The position numbers and the translations under genes are program-made. The notes under the pieces are model-generated. The model did not search any database. It was not told the origin of the DNA and saw nothing but the letters and a program-made list of their open reading frames with translations. From a virus (lineage: Duplodnaviria > Caudoviricetes), in the IMG/VR virus record IMGVR_UViG_3300037488_001994, positions 1-60,561 of that record: 60,561 bases of DNA. One strand, 5' to 3'. Every line of letters begins with the position of its first letter. Position 1 is the first letter of the stretch. Positions 29,847 to 39,015 of the stretch are shown here, piece by piece.

Positions 29847-30748
29847 AAACCTACGCACTTGTTGGAGCCGGAGGCTATATCGCCCCCAAGCACATGAAAG
29901 CCATTTATGAAACCGGCGGAGAACTCCTTTTTGCTTACGATGTGAGTGATAGTGTTGGAATCCTTGATAAATGGGCCAAGGATTGTATGTTCACCACAGA
30001 TGAAGAAATCTTTTGGGGATTGGTTAAAATAACAAGGCCCACCGTGGTTATCTGTACTCCGAACCATACCCATGAGCATTTCATGGTAACGGCCAATGCT
30101 TATGGATGTGAGGTTATATGTGAGAAGCCTTTATTCCTTCCGGAAAAAATTAATGATGTACCGTTGATTTTGAACGATTGGAATGTTTATCCTATTCTTC
30201 AACTTCGCATTCATCCGGAGGTACAAAGAATGAAGCGCTGGATTATGTCGCGGATATGGGCCAAGGATCGAACCGTTATCACCATTGATTATGTAACGGT
30301 CCGCGGAAATTGGTACCAAAAATCATGGAAACATGACCGTCAAAGGTCCGGAGGATTGGTTTATAATATTGGGATTCATTTGCTGGATATGCTTTTCCAT
30401 GTTTTTGGGTTTGTTGGATTCATGGGCAATGCTATCCAGGCTGAGTGGATAAGGGAAGGAACTTCCGCGCAAATATGTATCAAAGGCCCAGGTTCCGGTC
30501 CGGCTATCTTATTAAATCTTTCCGTTGATCGTGATGATCTTCCGGATGATATTGGCCGGAACTCTTTCCGCCAGGTGAGTATTGACATGGTTACAGATAA
30601 GATTGATTTTAATTTGGATGGCAATTTTACCGATCTTCATACCGCATTCTATCAAAACATACTTGATGGCACCGCGCCAACCATAAAGGATGCACTTCCG
30701 GCCCTTAACCTGGCCTACCTTATTACCGAGAAACTTTACAAGGAATAA
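29843..30748 (+). CDS. Gfo/Idh/MocA oxidoreductase, WbpB/WlbA-like (UDP-GlcNAcA 3-dehydrogenase)
   Basis: YALVGAGGYIAPKHMKAI, DSVGILD, ICTPNHTH, VICEKP, ILQLR, RGNWYQKSWK, NIGIH. Confidence 0.85.
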   Translation: MKTYALVGAGGYIAPKHMKAIYETGGELLFAYDVSDSVGILDKWAKDCMFTTDEEIFWGLVKITRPTVVICTPNHTHEHFMVTANAYGCEVICEKPLFLPEKINDVPLILNDWNVYPILQLRIHPEVQRMKRWIMSRIWAKDRTVITIDYVTVRGNWYQKSWKHDRQRSGGLVYNIGIHLLDMLFHVFGFVGFMGNAIQAEWIREGTSAQICIKGPGSGPAILLNLSVDRDDLPDDIGRNSFRQVSIDMVTDKIDFNLDGNFTDLHTAFYQNILDGTAPTIKDALPALNLAYLITEKLYKE

Positions 30749-30751
30749 ATC

Positions 30752-31015
30752 ATGGAAATACAAGTTTTTGATATTAAGACGGTTATTGGGGATGAAATCG
30801 AACTCCTTCCGGCCCTGGGAAATGTATGGGTTGGTGATTGTCCTTTTTGCAAAGGAAGAGAGCAAGCATTCCTGGTTAATGATGTTGTTTATAAATGTGG
30901 AATGTGCGGTAAAGGCGGAAACGCGATAAACTTCATAATGGAGTTGAAAAAGAAAACCTACGAGGAGGCGGTTGCCTACCTGGTTGCGAAATATCGTAAA
31001 ACTTCAACACAATGA
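30752..31015 (+). CDS. Stand-alone primase-type zinc finger (CHC2-like)
   Basis: CPFC..YKCGMCGKGGNAINFIMEL..TYEEAVAYL. Confidence 0.75.
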   Translation: MEIQVFDIKTVIGDEIELLPALGNVWVGDCPFCKGREQAFLVNDVVYKCGMCGKGGNAINFIMELKKKTYEEAVAYLVAKYRKTSTQ

Positions 31016-31623
31016 AAATCTTTAATCCTTACTATTGGTACCGGCACTTTTGGAACAAGGCATTCATGGCCGGTCGCAAAGAGGGTGAGAAAAAGTCAAA
31101 CGAGCATGGCTTTGAGCAGGGTTATAAACATGGATGGAATGCCGTACATGGATGGTGGGATAAAGGCCCGATTAACCAGGACAACAAAACCGTTTATGAC
31201 CGAGTATATGAGGATGGGTTAGCCAATGGGAAAAAACTTGCAGAGGAAGATTTTGACCCCAGGACCAGCGAAGATATTAGGGCCATTGAAAAGGAAAACT
31301 ATGACCGCGGTTTTGTCGATGGCCAAAAGACCAGGACGCCGGCAGAATATGAGGCAATTTTGAGGTACGAACAAAGTAAAGTAAAGGAAAACTCTTCCAA
31401 CTTTGAGGGGATGTTGAGTTATTCCAATGGCCTTATCAAAGGCCGTGAGGAAGGGATAAAAGAGGGTAAGGCAATGATGGAGGAACACTACCTTAATGCC
31501 ATTCGATACGCTAAAGAAATCGCCCATTGTCAGGGATATCAGGCGGCGGAAAAGAAATTCATGGAGAAAACGCGCATTATGAGCGCCAGGTGGAAGAAAA
31601 CCAATAAACTACTGAACCGATGA
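31012..31623 (+). CDS. Hypothetical protein with Y/F-x-x-G-x-x-x-G repeats
   Basis: GFEQGYKHG, YEDGLANG, YDRGFVDG, GREEGIKEG. Confidence 0.5.
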   Translation: MKIFNPYYWYRHFWNKAFMAGRKEGEKKSNEHGFEQGYKHGWNAVHGWWDKGPINQDNKTVYDRVYEDGLANGKKLAEEDFDPRTSEDIRAIEKENYDRGFVDGQKTRTPAEYEAILRYEQSKVKENSSNFEGMLSYSNGLIKGREEGIKEGKAMMEEHYLNAIRYAKEIAHCQGYQAAEKKFMEKTRIMSARWKKTNKLLNR

Positions 31624-31895
31624 AAAATACAATTATCAATATCCTTGTGATAAATTTCGTGGTATCATTCATTTTTTCATTCATTTTTGTAAGTATATTT
31701 TTTTGGTTGAAAAGGAGGCAGAAAATGGGGAAGAAACCGAAAAAGATCAAAGTTATTCACGGAACCTTTATCGAAAATCCAAAGTGTAAAATTTGTGGTT
31801 GTGATATTCCGCATGAATGGTTAGCCGGAGATTATACCCTGCTTATGTGTGCTAAAAAAGAGTGCTGGGAAATATTAAAAAATATCAAGCCATGA
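31620..31895 (+). CDS. Small membrane protein with Cys motif
   Basis: N-terminal TM helix; CKICGC..CAKKEC. Confidence 0.45.
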   Translation: MKNTIINILVINFVVSFIFSFIFVSIFFWLKRRQKMGKKPKKIKVIHGTFIENPKCKICGCDIPHEWLAGDYTLLMCAKKECWEILKNIKP

Positions 31896-32116
31896 TTTGG
31901 ATAATTATTTCGGCAGTAATCTTTTTTCTTTCATTCATGGCGGGTTATGTGATCGGGGCCATCATGTCATCCGGAGCGAGGCAGGATGAATTGATTGAAA
32001 AGATGGATGAAAAGTGTAATCACCGATTTTCAATCGAGGATTTTAAAAATCATGGGTTGGATTCTGAGTGCATGAAGTGTAAAACACCCTTACACCAATT
32101 AATGAGGAGATGTTAG
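31892..32116 (+). CDS. Small membrane protein
   Basis: ATGA-coupled start at 31892; TM helix; CNH..CMKC. Confidence 0.45.
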   Translation: MIWIIISAVIFFLSFMAGYVIGAIMSSGARQDELIEKMDEKCNHRFSIEDFKNHGLDSECMKCKTPLHQLMRRC

Positions 32117-32117
32117 C

Positions 32118-32777
32118 ATGAAAGGAATAATGTTCAAAGAGGAGTTATTCAAGGCTGTCATTGCCGGCCGTAAAACGCAGACCAGGCGGATCGTGCCACC
32201 GGTAAAAAATCACGAAGGAACCAGGATTGAGGTAAAAAATTATCAGGGCCATTCGGCTTTAAAAGGCTATTGGGCATTTGAACTTAAAACCGGAATATGG
32301 GCCTGGATTTACCCCAGGTATCGGATAGGTGACCAAGTATATCTGAAAGAGCCGTATATGCCAGCAGATAATAGACCGCTTCATTTTCCCAGGGAATTGA
32401 TTTATAAGTATGGACAAACGCCATTGGTTAGTCAGACAATGGAGGCCTTTGGAGCAGTTTGGAAAAACAAAATGTTCATGCCAGCGGATCAGGCCAGGTA
32501 CTTCATTAAGATCACCAGGGTAAGGTGTGAACGGTTGACGGATATCACCGAGGCAGACGCCATTGCAGAAGGAGTTACCGAAGTTGACAAAAGAAAGATC
32601 ATGCCGGAGTTTTATGACAAAGATGGTAATTGGATAATTAAGAACGGTCGGCCAAAATTAGGATTAACCCCAATGGGCCAATTTGAACGCCTTTGGGAAT
32701 CTATTAACGGCTCCGGTTCCTGGAATCTGAATCCCTGGGTATGGGTTTATGAATTTGAACTAACAACCAAGCCATGA
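32118..32777 (+). CDS. ASCH-like phage protein
   Basis: IMFKEELFKAVIAGRKTQTRR, GDQVYLKE, MFMP, ERLTDITEADAIAEG, NPWVWVYEF. Confidence 0.75.
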   Translation: MKGIMFKEELFKAVIAGRKTQTRRIVPPVKNHEGTRIEVKNYQGHSALKGYWAFELKTGIWAWIYPRYRIGDQVYLKEPYMPADNRPLHFPRELIYKYGQTPLVSQTMEAFGAVWKNKMFMPADQARYFIKITRVRCERLTDITEADAIAEGVTEVDKRKIMPEFYDKDGNWIIKNGRPKLGLTPMGQFERLWESINGSGSWNLNPWVWVYEFELTTKP

Positions 32778-33328
32778 ATGAAAAGTATATCATCCTGGCT
32801 AAGAAATTAAAGGCCCTGGCCGACAAAGGTATCGATGGCGAGAAGGTGAACGCTCAGAAGATGCTGGAGGCCTTACTGAAAAAGCACAATTTAACTATCC
32901 TTGATATTGAGGCTGAAAGCAAAAACGATTATTTTTTTAAATTGAAGGACGCGGATCACCGGTTATGGCAACAGATTGTAAAAAGGGTTGGCAAAGATAT
33001 TCCCTGCTACGGTCCGATACCAGCCAAAGTATTGAAGGATTTCAAGTTTAAAGGCAATTACCTGATTACTTGTACCGCTTCGCAATATGTTGAAGTGGAG
33101 GCCATGTTCGCCATTTATAGCAAGCACCTGGTTAAAGAATATGACATTTTTTATCGTGCCTTTTGTACGGCCAATGATCTGCTTGTGGAACGAGGCGAAG
33201 ATGATCCAAAAGACGAGTCCGAACTAAGCGCGGAGGAATTGAAAGCATTTCGCCGGTCCTTATTGATGGCCGAGAATATCAAGAAAGAAACTTACCGCAA
33301 ACAATTACGCCATGAAAACAATCTATAA
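32774..33328 (+). CDS. DUF2786-like protein
   Basis: KKLKALADKGIDGEKVNAQKMLEALLKKHNL. Confidence 0.55.
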   Translation: MNEKYIILAKKLKALADKGIDGEKVNAQKMLEALLKKHNLTILDIEAESKNDYFFKLKDADHRLWQQIVKRVGKDIPCYGPIPAKVLKDFKFKGNYLITCTASQYVEVEAMFAIYSKHLVKEYDIFYRAFCTANDLLVERGEDDPKDESELSAEELKAFRRSLLMAENIKKETYRKQLRHENNL

Positions 33329-33608
33329 ATTCCCATGTAACGGCCGGTGCAAAATATCAATGCCGGTCGGCTCCGTGATCGTCAGGGTTGCATTGTCGGA
33401 AGGAATACCCTGCCTTTGGGCCGTGGTTCCCATTTATCCGGACCCCAACATGGGTCACCTTATCGCAACAAGGCCAACGATGTTCCATGAAAGAGAGTTT
33501 ATACACATTTCAACCGGTGGCATAATAACCGGAAATGTTTTGTATATTGGTACTTATGTAATTCCAAACCAAGAAGTTTATCATATTTTCGAACTCCTTA
33601 ATACTTAA
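33312..33608 (+). CDS. Conserved phage hypothetical protein
   Basis: KTIYKFP..MP..PCLWAVV..TG..YIGT..VYHIFE. Confidence 0.55.
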   Translation: MKTIYKFPCNGRCKISMPVGSVIVRVALSEGIPCLWAVVPIYPDPNMGHLIATRPTMFHEREFIHISTGGIITGNVLYIGTYVIPNQEVYHIFELLNT

Positions 33609-33613
33609 TTTTT

Positions 33614-34081
33614 ATGTCAGTCAATTTGCAGATTATTGTCGGGAATGTGGGCCAGGAGCCTATCATTCGAAACCTGGAAGGTGGCCGGTCGGTCGCGGCC
33701 TTTTCTGTTGCCGTAACGGAGAAATACAAAAACAAGTCCGGCGAACTCGTTGAAAATACAGAATGGTTCAATGTGTCCGCATGGCAGGGGTTGGCTGAAT
33801 TTGCCGACAAGTATATCCGGAAGGGTGCCAAGTTGTATGTCGAAGGATCAACTAAGCACACCGAGTATGAAGACAAGGACGGAGTAAAACGGCAGAAGGT
33901 TGAAGTTGTGGCCCATAAAATTGACCTATTCGATTGGCCAGCGAAGGATGGCGCACCATCCGGCGGAAGTCGCTTAAATCGCCCCCAGGCAAGTCCACAA
34001 ACCGAACCACGCCATGATGATCTTCCGGAACCGGACGAAATCGACCAGGAAGAAGCCGAAGGTGACGATCTCCCATTCTGA
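33614..34081 (+). CDS. ssb: Single-stranded DNA-binding protein
   Basis: IVGNVGQEP, TEWFNV, YIRKGAKLYVEG, C-terminal DDLPF. Confidence 0.95.
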   Translation: MSVNLQIIVGNVGQEPIIRNLEGGRSVAAFSVAVTEKYKNKSGELVENTEWFNVSAWQGLAEFADKYIRKGAKLYVEGSTKHTEYEDKDGVKRQKVEVVAHKIDLFDWPAKDGAPSGGSRLNRPQASPQTEPRHDDLPEPDEIDQEEAEGDDLPF

Positions 34082-34371
34082 TCCAATGAAAAAAATGCCC
34101 CTACTCTATTCATATTGCTCCAACTGCCGGTTAGCAAGGCGCCGGTGGTTCCGGATGCAACTGTTCTGCAAATGGGATCACTCAACCTATTGGATTCCCA
34201 AATTGCGACTGATCCGCGGATGTTGCGCCGCGCAATTACCGCGCAAGTGAATAACCTGGCCCTGGAAGGATACGGCGGAGCCAATTTCGTCCTATTCATA
34301 GCCATTACCATAATTATCGTAGTGATACACAGTTACATTAAAGACTATAAACAACGAAAAAAACCTAAACA

Positions 34372-34611
34372 ATGAAAGAATTTTATGAAATGCTTACCTT
34401 GATGCTGGGTAAATTATCCCTATCCGAACAGAACGAAGTGCTTACCGAACTCATTCGCACTATCGTATTAAACCGCCGGCAACATGAATCGAAATTGAAT
34501 GATGAAGGGAACGAACTGAACCAGGCCAACCGGAATCTGTTATCAAGCCTTGGTGAAATGGCAGACCCCACAAAGAGAGAGCCGGACCAATTTTTAAAGG
34601 AAAGAAAATAA
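34372..34611 (+). CDS. Hypothetical protein
   Basis: Last rightward ORF before the terminator; A-rich leader. Confidence 0.5.
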   Translation: MKEFYEMLTLMLGKLSLSEQNEVLTELIRTIVLNRRQHESKLNDEGNELNQANRNLLSSLGEMADPTKREPDQFLKERK

Positions 34612-34626
34612 ACCAGGGTATCATTG

Positions 34627-34666
34627 AAAAGAAAAAGGCCGGATTGAATGTCCGGCCTTTCTGTTT
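34627..34666. terminator. Bidirectional intrinsic terminator
   Basis: AAAGGCCGGA / TCCGGCCTTT stem with flanking A and T tracts between convergent operons. Confidence 0.8.
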
Positions 34667-35039
34667 AGTTAGATGCCACCATTACCCCTGGCAAATGGTA
34701 TTTATGGTAGTGATCCGTTGCCGTTTCGCTGGCGTCAATGTAATTGTAAAACGGCCTTGGGAAAACATACACCATGTTAATTTTAAAGGCGTCCATGTCG
34801 ATCCGCGAAATAGCAAAAATTGTTATCATCTTGTCGCGGTCCATCTGCTTCCATAAAGCCGGTACCGGTCTGAGCATGGTGTCATGGTAAACCATAAAAA
34901 CCGGTCCGATCCTTTGCCTTGCCATGAATGCACCCATCTTCTGAACCATCCGGAACTGTTCCGATGGATCAATTAAGTACATGATCTCCCATTGTGGTAC
35001 AATGTGAAAATGGCGGACCGGTGGCGAGTAGAGAATCAT
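34665..35039 (-). CDS. Hypothetical early protein
   Basis: Likely start 35039 (ATGA overlap). Confidence 0.45.
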   Translation of the reverse strand: MILYSPPVRHFHIVPQWEIMYLIDPSEQFRMVQKMGAFMARQRIGPVFMVYHDTMLRPVPALWKQMDRDKMITIFAISRIDMDAFKINMVYVFPRPFYNYIDASETATDHYHKYHLPGVMVASN

Positions 35040-35224
35040 ATTCTGTATCTGCTTATAACATCCTTCAATTCGTTTGCAAATTTGTCGATATCCGCAAATG
35101 TGATGGTACAAAGATATAACCGGTTAAGGTAAACATCCGTATCCAGGTATTGACCGGCGCCATCTTTCGGTGTTTCGAACTCTAAAAGGTGGTGTTCGTC
35201 CACCATTACTGTTTTAGTTTTCAT
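35036..35224 (-). CDS. Hypothetical early protein
   Basis: Coupled start at 35224. Confidence 0.5.
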   Translation of the reverse strand: MKTKTVMVDEHHLLEFETPKDGAGQYLDTDVYLNRLYLCTITFADIDKFANELKDVISRYRI

Positions 35225-35478
35225 ACCTCTTCTCCTTTCCAATCTCTGAAACCCATTTCAAAACTGCAAGGATCAAGCCGGCGGAGCAATGTACCAACGG
35301 TCCGCCTTTTATAACAATTCCGCAAATTTCGGTCGGTCGTATATCCGCCCTGCCTGGTTGGTACACAAAGATTTTCCAGGTGTTCACAAAGTTGCTCCAT
35401 TGTAAACTCTTCATTGTACCAATCATTAAGCCAGCGTTCATACATGGCCTTTGTCTGTTTACTGTATGTCTTTGTCAT
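35221..35478 (-). CDS. Hypothetical early protein
   Basis: YERWLND..GTLLRRLDPCSFEMGFRDW. Confidence 0.55.
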   Translation of the reverse strand: MTKTYSKQTKAMYERWLNDWYNEEFTMEQLCEHLENLCVPTRQGGYTTDRNLRNCYKRRTVGTLLRRLDPCSFEMGFRDWKGEEV

Positions 35479-35686
35479 TTATCGGGGTATCAGGGTAATC
35501 GTAAGCCGTAAGCATTTCAGTTAAATCGCCGGCAACCATTTCAAGGTCTGCCATAACTACCTCCAGCGCTTCAATGGCCTGGGTGTTCTCCTTTGTCCTG
35601 GATATATTGTTAAGGATATATCCGGCCTTGTCCTTCTGCCGGCCCAATTCGGCCACCATGGTAATAATCTCACTTCTAATTTTCAT
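35459..35686 (-). CDS. Hypothetical early protein
   Basis: Coupled start at 35686; helical. Confidence 0.45.
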   Translation of the reverse strand: MKIRSEIITMVAELGRQKDKAGYILNNISRTKENTQAIEALEVVMADLEMVAGDLTEMLTAYDYPDTPINDKDIQ

Positions 35687-35955
35687 GGTGTTTGATGTTT
35701 GGTTAATAATGTGAACAAAAGGCCCATTACCATTATGGCCATTAGAACCACGGCGAAAATGCACCCTATGTTACTCCCTTTAATTGATTCCGCACTATGC
35801 CCCTGGTCGGGTTGTGAGTTTTTAACGCAAGTCGGGCAGACAGTCATAAAACTATCTTCATCAAAGGTTCCCAACTCGGTAAGGTATTTTTCTCCGCATC
35901 CGTCACAAGTTGCGAACTCATACCCTGGTTCCGGTTCATAATTTAATTTTTTCAT
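35683..35955 (-). CDS. Zn-ribbon membrane protein
   Basis: CDGC..CPTC plus C-terminal TM helix; likely start 35955. Confidence 0.5.
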   Translation of the reverse strand: MKKLNYEPEPGYEFATCDGCGEKYLTELGTFDEDSFMTVCPTCVKNSQPDQGHSAESIKGSNIGCIFAVVLMAIMVMGLLFTLLTKHQTP

Positions 35956-36133
35956 TGTGGTAAATTTTTTGATAACATGAATCACAAACCGCGTCACTCG
36001 GAAATTCATTAATGCACTTTTGAAACCGGATATCTTTCCGGATATCCAGGGCAATAACAACAGACAACACCAGGAATCCGGCCACCCATATCAGGATGGC
36101 CGGGGTTAACACTTTTTTAAATATCTTTTTCAT
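35936..36133 (-). CDS. Small membrane protein
   Basis: N-terminal TM helix; C..CDSC. Confidence 0.5.
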   Translation of the reverse strand: MKKIFKKVLTPAILIWVAGFLVLSVVIALDIRKDIRFQKCINEFPSDAVCDSCYQKIYHNEKIKL

Positions 36134-36423
36134 ACTCGCATAAAATTATCTAATTCGTGAATTGTATCCTCCAGGGTAAAGAATCCGCCTTCATCCGGCC
36201 AATCCTTAAATTCAATTTCCAATATGTCACTAATCGAAATTTCATCACCGGCCCAATCCCGAACAACGATACAAGCCTCGCCGGACCGATCCAGGGTAAT
36301 AATCAGACCGCCCCAATTACATTCTACATGGGTACCATGTGCCTCGTACACTTCCGGAAAGTTTTCGCCGGCCGTAATTTCACTATAAACGGCCTGCAAT
36401 TCTGTGCGTTTGATTGTTTTCAT
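36130..36423 (-). CDS. Acidic hypothetical early protein
   Basis: Likely start 36423. Confidence 0.5.
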   Translation of the reverse strand: MKTIKRTELQAVYSEITAGENFPEVYEAHGTHVECNWGGLIITLDRSGEACIVVRDWAGDEISISDILEIEFKDWPDEGGFFTLEDTIHELDNFMRV

Positions 36424-36425
36424 AA

Positions 36426-36689
36426 TTAATCCATTGCACAATAATAGTGCGTTTTAACTCCGTGTTCCGAAACGATATCAATGGCCTCGCTCATGGTCAT
36501 ATCATCGCGCCACCTTGTTACAAGGTCAATCCATGCCTTTTGGACGCCTCTTTTGCCTTTGGTATAGAAGGATGGTAAATTGTATTGGTCTGTGTGATCC
36601 AGGCCATGAATGCCGTAATTCCCTATTCCTAAATTACATTTTGTGCCGTGTAAATCAGTCACCGCCGGCGCCGTTGTTGTTGTTGTCAT
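36426..36689 (-). CDS. Hypothetical early protein
   Basis: 87-aa ORF tightly packed in the operon. Confidence 0.55.
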   Translation of the reverse strand: MTTTTTAPAVTDLHGTKCNLGIGNYGIHGLDHTDQYNLPSFYTKGKRGVQKAWIDLVTRWRDDMTMSEAIDIVSEHGVKTHYYCAMD

Positions 36690-36691
36690 GC

Positions 36692-36967
36692 TTAGTAAAT
36701 TAATGGTAAGTGAATTGTTTCGTATCCGGACCGCTTCCCTTTTTTGTCAAAGGTCGCGCGGTAAATCCGGAGCCTTTGAATTTTTACAATCTTGAAATCC
36801 TGGGTAATTGATAAGTGATAGCCGGCAACAATTTCGCCGTTAATTTCCTGGGATACCTGGAAGAACACCACCCCACCGCTGGCGCCTGCATACTCAACAG
36901 AATCCGCCAGGGTGCCGGCCCTCAATAGACCGGCCACCCTTGTAAATGTTTCATTGTTCAGTATCAT
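36692..36967 (-). CDS. Hypothetical early protein
   Basis: 91-aa ORF tightly packed in the operon. Confidence 0.5.
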   Translation of the reverse strand: MILNNETFTRVAGLLRAGTLADSVEYAGASGGVVFFQVSQEINGEIVAGYHLSITQDFKIVKIQRLRIYRATFDKKGKRSGYETIHLPLIY

Positions 36968-36971
36968 CGAA

Positions 36972-37595
36972 TTATGGTATTAAGTTATCATCGGCCATGC
37001 TCATGTATCCGGCATCACTTAAAATAATGTGATCCAGCATTGTAATATCCAGCAACTTACAAGACTCTTTAAGTTTGCCGGTAATCTTTATATCTGCTTC
37101 GCTGGCTGACAGATTGCCGGATGGATGGTTATGCGCCACAATTAAACCGCTGGCCAACAATTTGACTGCATGGTTTAAGATGATCCGGATATCGGTAACT
37201 GTTCCGGAGATACCGCCCTCGGATATCCTTACAATTTTCAGCACTTGGTTGGAACGATCACAATACATGGCCCAAAATTCTTCATGATCCAGGTCCGAAA
37301 GGTTTGTTTCGGATTCCAGCAATTTCCAGGCGTCCTGACTGCAACGGATTTTAGCCTTTGGTTTTTTTGCCTCGTATTTCATTCTCCTGGCAATTTCAAC
37401 CACGGCCAAAATTTTACCGGCCTTTGCTTCTCCGATCCCAGGAACTTGGCAAAGGTCTTCGATTGTCAGCCGGCCAACATTGGATAACTGCCGGTCGGCC
37501 ATTTTCAAAACTTCATTTGCTTGTGGTTCCGAATCACATACCATGCTCAAAAGGTCGCGGTCGTTCATCTGATTGAAATAAATTTGCTTTTTCAT
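36972..37595 (-). CDS. radC: RadC-family JAB domain protein
   Basis: HhH VPGIGEAKA, HEEFW, ISEGGISGTVTD, AHNHPSGNLSASEAD, MLDHIIL. Confidence 0.92.
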   Translation of the reverse strand: MKKQIYFNQMNDRDLLSMVCDSEPQANEVLKMADRQLSNVGRLTIEDLCQVPGIGEAKAGKILAVVEIARRMKYEAKKPKAKIRCSQDAWKLLESETNLSDLDHEEFWAMYCDRSNQVLKIVRISEGGISGTVTDIRIILNHAVKLLASGLIVAHNHPSGNLSASEADIKITGKLKESCKLLDITMLDHIILSDAGYMSMADDNLIP

Positions 37596-37606
37596 TGGTT
37601 GGTGTA

Positions 37607-37882
37607 TTAAATTGGGAAGTTATATTTAGCACATAAATCGCGGTACTTTTGGCCCATGCCATTATCTATGTATATGGTGCCGATCAACTTTATCAAAGTT
37701 GTGTTATTTGTTTTCGGGCCATGGCCGGAAAGTTTACAAACCTGGTCCTTCATCCATCCAAAGTTGGGAGCCGTATGTCTGCCGGTCTTGTAATAGAATA
37801 AGGAATCCAATAATAAAGTGAACAGTTGTAACTCCGAGAATGGAGCCGTTACCGTTACCATTTCAACCTCTTGCTTTTTCAT
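37607..37882 (-). CDS. Hypothetical early protein (first leftward gene)
   Basis: 91-aa ORF next to the divergent promoter. Confidence 0.55.
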   Translation of the reverse strand: MKKQEVEMVTVTAPFSELQLFTLLLDSLFYYKTGRHTAPNFGWMKDQVCKLSGHGPKTNNTTLIKLIGTIYIDNGMGQKYRDLCAKYNFPI

Positions 37883-37906
37883 TTGTCTGTTGTATTAATG
37901 TGTTTA

Positions 37907-37943
37907 TGCCGTATTCTACGATATATGTTATAAGTATGTTACA
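37907..37943 (-). promoter_or_regulatory. Leftward ECF-sigma-like promoter
   Basis: Minus strand reads TGTAAC-N17-CGTAGAATACGGCA. Confidence 0.6.
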
Positions 37944-38008
37944 TTCATAAGTAAAATAAAATTAATGTCCTTGATTATCAGCACAATAAAATTATTTTTC
38001 TGAATTAC

Positions 38009-38045
38009 TGCAACATATATGTATATAGTATCGTAGAATACGACA
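38009..38045 (+). promoter_or_regulatory. Rightward ECF-sigma-like promoter
   Basis: TGCAAC-N17-CGTAGAATACGACA; mirror of the leftward copy, sharing a perfect 14-bp core. Confidence 0.6.
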
Positions 38046-38075
38046 ATTACCAACAACAACGAAAAAGCAAACACC

Positions 38076-38375
38076 ATGAAAAGAAAAACCAACAAGTTTA
38101 AAGTGATCTTAACCGCGATCCTTGACCGCCTGCCGAAAACTCAATATTATGCTTGTTTCAGTCGTGACTGTGATATGTGTGAAAGAACCTGGGCCAGCAA
38201 ATACCCGAACAAATATCAGGCTAAAAAAGCCTATGAGAGTTTAATCGATGGCGCCGAAGGTCCGATTGGTTTTGAACCCATCACCAAACAAGAGTTTGAA
38301 AACTTTGAAAACGGCCACCGTGACCGGTGCCTGGAAGCCTGGGAAAACGGCAACGGAACCTCAATTTATGTTTAA
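38076..38375 (+). CDS. Hypothetical early protein
   Basis: First rightward gene; SRDCD..AEGP..HRDR. Confidence 0.55.
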   Translation: MKRKTNKFKVILTAILDRLPKTQYYACFSRDCDMCERTWASKYPNKYQAKKAYESLIDGAEGPIGFEPITKQEFENFENGHRDRCLEAWENGNGTSIYV

Positions 38376-38393
38376 CCTTTATCCATTATAGCC

Positions 38394-38684
38394 ATGTCAC
38401 CAAAAGAAAAACGCGAACAAGACGCCCCGACCTTCCTCCGCTGGATACTTAACCATATCGCCGCCGGCCGGACCCGATTGGTAATTAAGGATAACGATAC
38501 CTCCGCCTGGGAATCCGGTTTCGCCTCCTTCCTGATGGATCACTACAATTATTACAACCTTGCCGACCGCTTTGTGGTGTTCCTTAACCTCCCATTGAAT
38601 GAAGGAACGCGGACCCCTGCCGAATGTGAGAAGGTCCACGAAGTTAGCCAGCAAGTTAAACAGATAAGAACCTCAATTTTTTAA
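38394..38684 (+). CDS. Hypothetical early protein
   Basis: 96-aa ORF. Confidence 0.5.
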   Translation: MSPKEKREQDAPTFLRWILNHIAAGRTRLVIKDNDTSAWESGFASFLMDHYNYYNLADRFVVFLNLPLNEGTRTPAECEKVHEVSQQVKQIRTSIF

Positions 38685-38687
38685 ACC

Positions 38688-39011
38688 ATGAAAAAGTCAG
38701 CAACATACTATTGTGAGAAATGGAATGACAAGACTAAAAAATGGATGCCTCATTCCCAGCACCCCACCCTTAAATCCGCCAGGACCGAAGCCGGATATTT
38801 GAAACATACCTATCGCGTAAGTATTACCAAATGGCAATCCATTGAAGTGCTTGAAATTGTGGAACCCAGGTACAAGGTAGTTAGAACCATGCGCGTATCA
38901 CAACGCCGGTCAATTCTTCGCAAAGGTCTGACCCTGGCAGAAGCCAGGAGAGTAGTTGCCAAATATCCGGATTCTTCGCGTTCAATGGTATGGTACACCA
39001 AACAAAACTAA
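38688..39011 (+). CDS. Basic hypothetical early protein
   Basis: YKVVR..ILRKGLTLAEAR. Confidence 0.55.
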   Translation: MKKSATYYCEKWNDKTKKWMPHSQHPTLKSARTEAGYLKHTYRVSITKWQSIEVLEIVEPRYKVVRTMRVSQRRSILRKGLTLAEARRVVAKYPDSSRSMVWYTKQN

Positions 39012-39015
39012 CCCC

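Noticed and set aside
33598-34311. 237-aa minus-strand ORF
   Set aside because: Antisense shadow of the clear ssb gene; no recognisable motifs
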